Position numbers and translations under genes: made by a program. A DNA stretch of 63,454 bases, counting the filler, from Octopus bimaculoides (lineage: Eukaryota), in NCBI RefSeq assembly GCF_001194135.2. It is 4 parts of 4 records of this genome, joined end to end, with 100 filler letters (N's around TTAATTAATTAA, not from the genome) between each part and the next. Parts side by side here need not be neighbours in the genome. Positions count along the whole stretch, not along the records: positions 31,224 to 58,120 come from NC_069000.1; positions 58,221 to 61,199 come from NC_069001.1; positions 61,300 to 63,454 come from NW_026387837.1; 1 more part is not named here. One strand, 5' to 3'. Every line of letters starts with the position of its first letter. The first letter of the stretch is position 1. The notes beneath the pieces were generated by a model. It ran no database searches. It was not told the DNA's origin and saw nothing but the letters and a program-made list of their open reading frames with translations. Positions 52,113 to 63,454 of this stretch are shown in pieces.

Positions 52113-52330
52113 GTGTGTGTGTATTTGTGGGTTTGTGTTTGTTCCCCCACTATCGCTTGACAACCGATGTTGGTGTGTTTACGTCCCCGTAACTTAGCGG
52201 TTCGGCAAAACAGACCGATGGAATAACAAAGGCTTACAAAGAATAAGTCCTGGGGTCGATTTGTTCGACTAAAGGCTGTGCTCCAGCATGGCCGCAGTCA
52301 AATGACTGATACAAGTAAAAGAATTAAAGA
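51873..52330 (+). mobile_element. Full-length SINE family B; an opposite-strand partial copy lies at 51690-51860 and others at 58728-59105 (-) and 61300-61598 (+)
   Basis: High similarity to the 26823 copy. Confidence 0.85.
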
Positions 52331-53959
52331 AGAAAATATATAGCATATATATATATGTGGCATATATATATACATATTTATATCACATATATACACATAC
52401 ATACACACACAAACACGCATACAGACACACATACGCTCTGTGTGTCTATTCATAGATATGCTTCACATGATAATATGTCTATTTTCGCTACGTTCGCTCA
52501 TTTGATGCACAATATACTTTAAATATTAAGCTTCATTTTGAGCATCCTTTAAAACGCACGTTTAATGAAGTCGATCTCAAATTGTGTAAGTAACCTGGCT
52601 TTGGCATGCCATAACATTTTCGTCGTTGTCACGGAGAAATTTCAGAACTAAATAATAATGGCTCTCCAGACAACTACCTCTCAACAAAGCTCGGGTGAGA
52701 ACCACAATTGAGCACTTCAGTCACATCTGTTTCACTGCCTGCTGCTGCTACAGACAGACGCATTCAAGACAACATCCCTTCCGATGCCACACAGCAGGTC
52801 GGCACAAAGTCGCACTGCATTTTATATTGCCTTTTATATATGTATGTTATCAATCAGTTTCATTTCTGTCTTTCTTGTCCATAGAGAAAGAGCCGGACTC
52901 TAACATAGATCCAAGGTTCCTTCATTGGAACTTTTATCAACATCATCTAGGTATTTGTGCATATGTGTGTGTGTGTGTGCAGTATTTGGTGTTAGTGTAT
53001 GCGCAGATTTGTATGTTTGTTTTATGGATGCGTCTTTATGTATATATTTTCATGTCTAGATGCATGCATATGTATATATGTGCTAAATTTTTGGTAAGTT
53101 TTACATATCTTTACAGTTCCATACCTTTATGTATGTATGTATGTATGTATGTTATTCTCTTTATCTTTTTAATTCTAAGTAAATTTTGATCGGACACCTA
53201 CTTGGTAGCAGGGTTGTGAAGGAAAGTATCTTGTTTTAATCATCATCCTTTAAATCTTATGAAAGTCCTGTAGCATATAGATTAAGGATTTGCATTCTCT
53301 CCCCAAGACCCCAAGTTCAGCCATACTTTGCTCCAGACGGGTTGGTATGTGTCCTGTTGCTCCAATGATAGTGGGCATGAAACTGAAAGCGTATCTTGGG
53401 TTCAGGATTTGCAAACTCCCTATCAATAGATGTCCTCTTTCTCTTGTATTTTTTCTCACCACATTCATGTCCAGAGGGCAGTTGGATTTCGACAACAGAA
53501 CATAGCTTTTCTTTGTGGTGCATGTATAATGTATGTGTGTGTGTGTGTGTGTGTTTGTTTGTTTGTTTGTTTGTGTGTGTGTGTGTGTAAAATGAGTGAA
53601 GGTAGCGAAAATAGACATATTATGATCTAAAGTATATCTGTGAATAGGCACATACATCGTATATGTGTCTGTGTGCGTGTTTGTGTGTGTATGTGTGTAT
53701 CTGTGTGTGTATATATGTGTGATATAAATATGTATATGTATGCTATATATATGTATGCATAATCTTCCCTTTTTATTTAATTATTAGAATTCTTTGTTGA
53801 AGGAGGTAACTGTTTTCTGAGAAAGAAACAGGGTATCCACTGCTGAAATTTGGATAACAATAAACGATAAAAATATTACATCTCTAACCTTAGAAAGCGC
53901 CTTGTGTATTTTTATTGTTCCATTTATAGATTGTATCAGTAAAATGCATGTTCACTAGT

Positions 53960-54400
53960 CTCAGTCTTTGCTTGAGAATCCGAGCTTTTCCAGATTGTCC
54001 TTCAGATATTTACTAGCATAACTATGTGCACCATTGTTTAATTATATAAATGTGAATTTATAATCACGATAGAGAAGTTGTCGGTTTTGAAGCAGCCGTT
54101 CATAGTTTTATGTCGTTCTCTTCCCTCCTGAGAGATGGAAAATATATTCACATCTTCAGGGTAGCTAACCTCTATAAACAATACATGAACTTTCCTTCTT
54201 TTTATCGAGTAAGCCTATATTAGGTATGTTTGCACTTGTTAGTGATGTTTGCACTTGTTTTGAAGGAAATCTTACTCCAATATTCCTTGTAGGTATGTAT
54301 TCAATAGCAGAGATGTTTATATTTATTCCAAGGTAGTCTAGTCTGCAAATGACTTTGGATATTACTTTAAAAACAACCTCATGATCATGTCGCAGTAGAA
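53960..54400 (-). mobile_element. Decayed restriction-like-endonuclease (RLE) non-LTR retrotransposon C-terminus (R4/NeSL-type)
   Basis: RHDHEVVFKVISKVIC (RHD at 54392-54384), LLDKKKESSC-frameshift-FIEVSYPEDVNI (54172-54150), LKDNLEKLGF. This fits the RHD...PD..DK...IIEVSCPxDxNI RLE pattern. Confidence 0.65.
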
Positions 54401-54649
54401 GTAGTGACACAAAGACATTTTTAGACAGCTACTGATTATGTTTGCTATATCCTCCTCAGAAAAGTTATACACTTGAGATTTACGACTATGTCTTCGGAGA
54501 GTAAGAGCTCCACTGTCTCGTTAGTTCATTAGAAATTTCGTAGTTATACTACCGGATTGCAAAAGCGTAACCTTCGAAATGTGACATGATGTAACGGTCA
54601 TGAATTCAAGGGAGGCTACGCTTCATGTTAATATTATTTGCCTCTTTAG

Positions 54650-55460
54650 GTGGCGAGCTGGCAGAATCATTAACATGCGGGACGAAATGCTTAGTAGCAT
54701 TTCGTTAGTCTTTACGTTCTGAGTTCAAATTCAGCCGAGGTCGACTTTATCTTTCATCCTTTCGGGGTCGATAAAATAAATACTAGTTGAACATTGGGCT
54801 CGAAGTAATCGACTTACCCCGCCCTCGAAATTTCTGGCCTTGTGCCAAAATGTGAAACCAATATTATTTACCTCTTTGTTCAAATTCCGCCTAAGTCGAC
54901 TTTGCTTTTATCCTTCCTTGCTCGATAAAGTAAGTACCAGGTGAGCACTGGGGTCGATGCAAACGGCTTCCCACTGCCCTGAAGTTGCTGGCCTTGTTAC
55001 AAAATTTGAAATCAATATTATTAGTCTCTTGAAAGGCGGTGAGCTGGCAGAAGCGTTAGCACGCAAGGCAAAATGCTTAGCGGTATTTCGTCAATCTTTA
55101 TGTTCTAAGTTCAAATTCTGCCCAGGTCGACTTTTACCTTTCAACCTTTCGGAGCACTGTAGTCGATGTAATCGATTTACTCCTCCTCTGAAATGTCTGG
55201 CCTCGTGCCAAAATTGGAAACCAATTTTAATAGCCTCTTCAACGGTGCTATACAGACAGAATCATTAGTACGCCGGAAAAAAATGCTTTGCGGCATTTCT
55301 TCCGGCTTTACGTTGTATGTTCAAATTCCACTGAGCTCGAGTTTGCCTTTCATCCTTTCGGGGTCGATAAAATAAGTACCACTTGAGAGCTAGGTCGTTG
55401 TAATCAATTATCCCACTTCCATCAAATTTCAGGCTTTGTGCTTATAGCAGAAAGGATTAT
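54650..55460 (+). mobile_element. Head-to-tail cluster of four SINE family C copies; other copies at 37193-37372 and decayed at 38990-39700
   Basis: Repeated ggcg(g/a)gctggcagaa..tagc...gttctgagttcaaatt...cctttcatcctttcggggtcgataaaataagtacc units. Confidence 0.85.
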
Positions 55461-56143
55461 TAGCCTCTTCAATGTTATGAGAAATATATCCATGTATATC
55501 CTTTTTGTGGCATGCAGAATCTTTTCTGTTGCAGTTCGCTGAGATAGACTAGTCTTCAACTTTTGGATTCATACATGAAGACACAGGCAAGTAAGTGTTT
55601 CTACCGATCTGTAGAATGTTAATTGCTTACTTTTTACATGGCTGATGTATTTATTTTTGCTGTTATTGTTTAGCCGGTGCTGTGTGAGTGATATCATACG
55701 GCACTTGAAGGCTATTTGTACTCATCTTAAGTCTCTTCTTCTCTGTAATTCAAACGCCAACATATGGTTTTAGTAGTTCGTTGTAATACTTTTTTTCGGA
55801 ATTTGTGTTTTTCCCTCAGGATCACTAGTTTATCTTTCTGGGCTGTTAATTTTTCCTCAAGATTTAGAGTAGGAGCTCCGTATATTTTTCTTAATTTTCG
55901 CAGGAGACGTTCTCGTGTGCTACGTCACCTACACTTCATAATAACATTTAACTGATCCATTCTGCAGTGTAAATATTTTGTTTTCGCCCAGTATTGTTAT
56001 CTATCAGGGTTACTTAGGATGGGTTACTTCATTTCCATATGCCCTGCAAATATTACCTTCGTGTTTTACCAGAATAACAGCTGCTGAATGAAGATAATAA
56101 TCCCACCAATATGTGTTTTCACATTTTTATATACAGTCTCCAG

Positions 56144-56529
56144 GTGGAGGCGCAATGGCCCAATGGTTAGGGCAGCGAACTCGCGGTCATAGGATCGCGG
56201 TTTCGATTCCCAGACCGAGCGTTCTGAGTGTTTATTGAGCGAAAACACCTAAAAGCTCCACGAGCCTCCGTCAGGGGATAGTGGCGAACCCTGCTGTACT
56301 CTTTCACCACAACTTTCTCTCACTCTTTCTTCCTGTTTCTGTTGTGCCTGTAATTCAAAGGAGCCAGCCTTGTCACACTGTGTCACGCTGAATATTCCCG
56401 AGAACTACGTTAAGGGTACACGTGTCTGTGGAGTGCTCAGCCACTTGCACGTTAATTTCACGAGCAGGCTGTTCCGTTGATCGGATCAACTGGAACCCTC
56501 GACGTCGTAAGCGACGGAGTGCCAACAAC
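56144..56529 (+). mobile_element. Full-length tRNA-derived SINE family D with an 11-bp TSD
   Basis: TSD ACAGTCTCCAG at 56133-56143 and 56530-56540; A box TGGCCCAATGG, B box GTTTCGATTCC; (CAA) tail. Confidence 0.9.
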
Positions 56530-57113
56530 ACAGTCTCCAGCAATAACTGTTACCATGTGAGGGACTTGTCTTTTTCTTCCACTCACATGCAACAAATTCT
56601 GTTCCTTAATGACAGCTAAGTGACACTGGAAAAAGTGTTTACAAACAATGGTTGTAAAATGTTTTGCTGCTGTGTGTATTTTAAAGCCATCTCTGTCGGA
56701 TCAGTAGGCAGAGATACCGATCAGTGTGATGGCGGCGCTGGCGGTACCAGTTTTTTTTTTTTTACATTGCTATTGGTCTCTATGGAAACTTTTGGTTGGT
56801 TTCGAGTATAGATGGAAAGGTGACTAGCATTATCAGAATATCGATTGTTATCTGTAACGGCCAAATTTCGGACATAGAAAGATATCTGTTGCCGCAACTG
56901 TTTGAATGTGTGGTGGCTTAGGTCTGAGAGAGATGTGCCCCATTATTTTTTGAACCACGAGTTCATAAGTACATACATTTTCTAAGATAGCTCACTTCTG
57001 TGGTAGAAAATGTACATGTCAGTATTGGAGTTCTTATTCATGTCAGCCATGATCGTATTGCATCTAGAAAAACGTTGACGTTTAAATTTAGTAATTTTCA
57101 GTAAAGTAAAATA

Positions 57114-57682
<569 letters not shown>

Positions 57683-57690
57683 CCATGAGC

Positions 57691-57874
57691 GTGTGATTGT
57701 GTGGACAGGAGAGGGTGTTATATTCAAATATATATATAAACGTGTATACATGCACACATATATATACACTCTCTATATCTATGTGTGATTGTGTGGACAG
57801 GAGAGGGTGTTATGTTCAAATATATATATAAACGTGTATACATGCACACATATATATACACTCTCTATATCTAT
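57691..57874. repeat. 92-bp tandem duplication (one mismatch)
   Basis: gtgtgattgtgtggacaggagaggg... starts at 57691 and again at 57783. Confidence 0.9.
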
Positions 57875-58541
57875 GTGCTTCTCTCATACTCAGCTTTTTT
57901 TTTCTCTGTCTCGTCTTAATCGCACAATCAAAGTTATATAAATTGCTAGTGAGAATTACCACACAGACATTTTCAATTTAAGATTGTGAATACACAATCT
58001 TAAACACAAATACTTAATATGCCGGACTTGCAACAGTCGAATTTTACGTCCTTGTATAACAACAGACATTGTTTATGGTTAGTCTGAAAACGTTAAAAGA
58101 TTGCGGCTGCATTTTCTTTGNNNNNNNNNNNNNNNNNNNNNNNNNNNNNNNNNNNNNNNNNNNNTTAATTAATTAANNNNNNNNNNNNNNNNNNNNNNNN
58201 NNNNNNNNNNNNNNNNNNNNATATATTCCTGAGCGTTATACTAATACATCTATTTGTTTTCTACACCACCTGTCTCCGTCTGTTGTTTTTTTGTGAATTC
58301 TCCCTATATATACGTCGTCGTCGCCGTCGTTTAATGTCCGCTTTTCATGCTAGCATGGGTTGGACGATTTGACTGAGGACTGGTGAAACCAGATGGCTAC
58401 ACCAGGCTCCAATCTGATTTGGCAGAGTTTCTACAGCTGGATGCCCTTCCTAACGCCAACCACTCAGAGAGTGTAGTGGGTGCTTATATATATATACATA
58501 TACATACACACACACACACACACTTATGTGTTCACTTCAAC

Positions 58542-58573
<32 letters not shown>

Positions 58574-59213
58574 TGTAGCTTCTTTGTCAAAGCTCTTTCA
58601 TCCCAAATTCTATGACCTCTTCAGTTACTCTTTATCACCACGTGCCTCCTCTTGTTCTACTCAGGAATGAGCAGGACAAGAGGAAATCCGTGCATGTGTT
58701 TTATTAGGAAATATATATTATTTACTTGTTTCAGTCAATTGACTGTAGCCATGCTGGAGAACCACCTTTAGTGGAACAAATTGATTGCAGCACTTATTCT
58801 TTGTAATTTTAGTACGTATTCTATCAGTCTCTTTTGCCGAACCGCTAGGTTACAGGGATGTAAGCACACCGACATCGGTTGTCAAGTGACAGTGTGGAGA
58901 CAAACACTGACACACAAACATATACATATATATATATATACACACACACACAATGGGCTTCTTTCAGTTTCCGTCTACCAAATCCACTCGCAGCTTTGTT
59001 CGGTCTGAGCTATAGTAGAAGACACTTGCCTAAGGTGCCACGCAGTGGGACTGAACCCAGAACCATGTGGTTGGGAAGCAAGCTTCTTACCACACAGCCA
59101 TGGCTATGTGTATATGCATGAATTCTTAAAGAGGTGTATAAGAAATTAGATATGGTTTACTTCAGAAAAGATTTTCTATATCTCTGTAATAAACACTCCA
59201 AGCAATAGGTGTG

Positions 59214-59245
<32 letters not shown>

Positions 59246-59501
59246 CATGTTTGTGTGTGGGTGAATGGGTGAGTCCAATATATGGGTAGATGTATATATG
59301 TGTTTGCATGTATATGTGAATATGAATGTGTCTGTATATATATATGTGTGTGTGTATGTGTATATATACACTGCATATATATATATATACATATGTGTGT
59401 TTGCATGTATGTGCATGAGTTTGCGTGTGCATATAAGTATGTATATGTGTGCATGTGTGTGAATATGTGTATGTATGTATGTACATATGAAAATATGAAG
59501 A

Positions 59502-59533
<32 letters not shown>

Positions 59534-59605
59534 ATGTATGCCTGTGAGTACATTTTCACTTGTTCGGAGTTACAGTCGTAAATAAATTAAATACTCTGTC
59601 GTTGC

Positions 59606-59647
<42 letters not shown>

Positions 59648-60414
59648 CATTATTGACTATTTGTTTACTTGTTTATACTATAACACCTCCTGTACTCATA
59701 CACCTGCACCCACACATACAATGTCCTCCCCACACTACCAGCGTACACTTATATACACCCTTGAGTTGATAAATAAACTGTTTGAAATACTTGTGGTGGT
59801 GGTGATGTGACTGATAGCTATATCAATAGAAATAAAAGTGGTGGCGGCGCTGGTGGTGGTGGTGCCGGTATCAGGGAAACATTTTTGTTGTTGTTCTATC
59901 TAGTGGCCGAGCGACTGTTTAAACTTTGCCTTTGTAACTTTTGTAAGAAAACTAAATATTTGTTTATTTATAGATTTATGTTGTGTGTGCATGGGTTTGT
60001 GTGTGTGGGTGTGTGAGAAAATGTGTGCATGCACATTTACAGATAGATAGATATATATATATATATATATATGAACATATATGTGTGTGTTTGTGTATAC
60101 ACGTTCTCACACACATATGTACGTAGTGGCAGCACATGACTTGGTGGTTAGGGTGTTGGACTCACGATCGTAAGATTGTGGTTTCGATTCCTGGACCGGG
60201 CGATGCGTTGTGCTCTTGAGCAAAACACTTTATTTCACATTGTTCCAACCTTTTCAGATAGTAAAAAATGACAGACCAGCGTCCCATCCAGGGAGGAATA
60301 TATACATCAGAGAAACCAGGAAACCGGCCCCATGCTCTTTACAGAGTAATGTAAACCAACCACACACACACACACACAGGTAGGTGCAGGTGTGGTTGTG
60401 TGGTAAGAAGCTTG

Positions 60415-60619
60415 GCAGAAGGTGGCGAGCTGGCAGAAACGTTAGCACGCCGGGCGAAATGCTTAGCAGTATTTCATCTGCCGTTACGTTCTGAGTTCAT
60501 CCTTTCGGGGTCGATAAATTAAGTACCAGTTATGCACTGGGGTCGATGTAATCGACTTAATCCCTTTGTCTGTCCTTGTTTGTCCCCTCTATGTTTAGCC
60601 CCTTGTGGGCAATAAAGAA
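60415..60619 (+). mobile_element. SINE family C inserted into the head of a family B SINE, 12-bp TSD
   Basis: GTAAGAAGCTTG at 60403-60414 and 60620-60631. Confidence 0.85.
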
Positions 60620-61140
60620 GTAAGAAGCTTGCTTCCCAACCTCACAGTTTGGGGCTCAGTCCCACTGCATGGAGGGCTTCAACATGATGGTTAAATATGG
60701 TCCATATCCAATAACCTGTAGAAGCAAGTGGAAACACAGGCTGCTTGTAAATGAGAATCTTGGTATGGAATTGTAATAACCTGTGGTGGTTATTTAGAAA
60801 ATTTAGAGAAGCCTTTGTGAGCTTTCCAAAATCTACAGAGGCTTGTCTAAAGTAGTTAACAAGCTCCTTATTCAATGTGCAGTCATTGGAAAATTACAGT
60901 GTGCGCGCATGTGTGTGTGTACACATACACAAACACACACAGATATACACATTTATATAGGCAGGCAATAAGAAATCAGTAATTACAATCAACAGATGTT
61001 AAATTCTTCTGTAAAATAGTTTTAAGAGAGAAATAAAAGAACTTGACAAATTAATGTGTGACATAAGTTAATGATGATTTTTAATTACCCGCATAAGTAC
61101 ACACACTCACACACACACAAACTCCTATCCAAATACATAC

Positions 61141-61199
<59 letters not shown>

Positions 61200-62275
61200 N
61201 NNNNNNNNNNNNNNNNNNNNNNNNNNNNNNNNNNNNNNNNNNNTTAATTAATTAANNNNNNNNNNNNNNNNNNNNNNNNNNNNNNNNNNNNNNNNNNNNA
61301 CAAAAGCCTTGTGAGTGGATTTGATAGACGGAAACTGAAAGAAGCCGGTCGTATATATGTATATATATATGTGTGTGTGTGTATATGTTTGTGTGTCTGT
61401 GTTTGTCCCCCCAACATCGCTTGACAACCGATGCTGGTGTGTTTACGTCCCCGTAACTTAGCGGTTCGGCAAAAAATGCCGATAGAATAAGTACTAGGCT
61501 TACAAAGAATAAGTTCTGTGGTCGATTTGCTCGACTAAAGGCGGTGCTCCAGCATGACCGCAGTCAAATGACTGAAACAAGTAAAAGAGAGAGAAAAGAG
61601 TATATTATATATTATATTACATGTATGTATGTATGTAGGTATGTATTCATCTGTATGTATAAATGTATATATGTCTGTATGTATATGTATGAATGTGCGG
61701 GAGGGAAAGTAGAGCTTTGAAATTGGTTTAGTAAATTAGTTAAATGTAGAAAAAGAAGAAAAAAAAATACATGAGTTTGATTGACTGTTTTCAAAATTAC
61801 CAGGTGACATGAATACGGAAACGAGAAACAGAAAGAGAGAGGGGGTAGGAGAGGGAGAGAGAGAGGGAAGAGAGAGGGAAGAGAGAGGGGGATAGGATAG
61901 AAAGGGGGAGAGGGGAGGGCAGGGGAGAGGCAGGGGAGAGGAGAGGCAGGGAAGGGGAGGAGAAGAGAAAGAGAGCGGAATGTGAAGGGAAAAAGAAAGG
62001 AAAACAGAACGGGAAAGAGATGAAAGGAAAATGTAAAGAACTTATATTTGAATTACATTTACGTGTACGTAAATAGATAGTTAGAGAGAGAGAGAGAGAG
62101 AGAGANNNNNNNNNNGGGAGAGGCAGGGGAGAGGAGAGGCAGGGAAGGGGAGGAGAAGAGAAAGAGAGCGGAATGTGAAGGGAAAAAGAAAGGAAAACAG
62201 AACGGGAAAGAGATGAAAGGAAAATGTAAAGAACTTATATTTGAATTACATTTACGTGTACGTAAATAGATAGTT

Positions 62276-62340
<65 letters not shown>

Positions 62341-62399
62341 AGGAGGACAACACGATAGAAAGACAGACAGACAGAAAGACAGACAAATACGCTTCTGAA

Positions 62400-62410
62400 G
62401 AGACAGACAA

Positions 62411-62466
<56 letters not shown>

Positions 62467-62668
62467 GTAGATGGATGACTTGAAATTTGTTTTATCGTTT
62501 TAGTGTGGAGCAAAGGTAGTTAGGGTCCATGACCTTTTCCAGGGTTTCCGTGACTTGTGAGAGGAAGGGAGATCTGGCCCGAATGCTCGTAACAAAGTAG
62601 ACGAGTGGACTACGCTAAAGACAGCCGAGATGGTCCTGCGGTAGTGTCAATAGAATGAGTGAGTGAGT

Positions 62669-62723
<55 letters not shown>

Positions 62724-62934
62724 GGATGGATGGATGGATGGATTGGCTGATAGATCGGAGAGACAGACTAAAAGACTACCTAACAGAGGGACAGACAGAC
62801 AGACGAACGGACGGACGGTTAGATGGACCGACGGATGGACCGACGGACGGATGGACGGATGGACGGACGGACGGACGGATTAGTGGATGGATGGAGGGGT
62901 GGATGGATGGATGGATGGACAATCAGACAGGTAC

Positions 62935-63003
<69 letters not shown>

Positions 63004-63058
63004 CTTATAAATACATAGGGAGATGGACTGATAGACAGATAAACAGACAGACAGATAA

Positions 63059-63095
<37 letters not shown>

Positions 63096-63180
63096 TAGAC
63101 AGACAGGCAGGCAGGCAGACAGGCAGACAGACAGACAGACAGATAGACAGACAGAGAGGTAGGTAGGTAGGTAGGTAACC
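62400..63180. repeat. Compound tetranucleotide microsatellites (GATA/GACA/GGAT/GGAC/GGCA)
   Basis: Direct reading. Confidence 0.9.
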
Positions 63181-63454
63181 GTGAGAAACGGCAAAAGAAA
63201 ATAGTTGCAAAAGATTTTTTTTTTAAAGAAATTAAAATAAAAAGAGCTACGAAAATGAGCGAAAGACGAATGAAAAATGTCTTAGTGCATGAAGTAAATC
63301 TCTTGCGCCTGTAGCGGACTCTTTATGCAACTTAATAGTGAGGGGGAATGAGTGAAATAAAAAGAGAGAGAGAACGAAAGAGCGAGTATGTGTGTGAGTG
63401 ATAGAGAGAAAGAAAAAGAGAGAGTGAATGAGAGGGTGAGAGAGAGAGAGAGAG

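Noticed and set aside
56144-56220. tRNA gene candidates (also 26823, 57493, 2673, 60129)
   Set aside because: A and B boxes are present, but acceptor or anticodon stems do not pair and each continues into a SINE body. They are SINE heads, not tRNA genes.
61921-62300. About 180-bp direct duplication around a 10-N gap
   Set aside because: Identical flanks either side of a small gap are typical of unmerged contig overlap.

Overview
AT-rich, microsatellite-dense animal genomic DNA from a gapped draft assembly. The SINE and MITE families and the repeat density point to an octopus or other coleoid cephalopod (inference). The only host gene found is the N-terminal part of a Pumilio (PUF-family) homolog on the minus strand. 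It has seven small coding exons from 16055 down to 2437, in frame across GT-AG junctions for 297 codons, and the PUM-HD lies outside the window to the left. Bases 1-31123 carry about a dozen TTAA-flanked piggyBac-type MITEs plus tRNA-derived SINEs and RTE-LINE 3' ends. After an artificial scaffold linker at 31124-31223 the sequence is dominated by microsatellites. That right half also holds a promoter-like cluster (two X-box/CRE modules and two TATCGATA motifs, 36.66-36.91 kb), a decayed Penelope-like element (RT + GIY-YIG) and an RLE-type LINE remnant. The most interesting object is a non-autonomous element built as tRNA-like Pol III head + (AAT)n + Penelope-type minimal hammerhead ribozyme. 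At 45.4-46.1 kb it is inserted as a head-to-head inverted dimer inside a 15-bp target-site duplication, and a partial second example sits at 57.1-57.7 kb. All calls were made by eye; no database searches were run.
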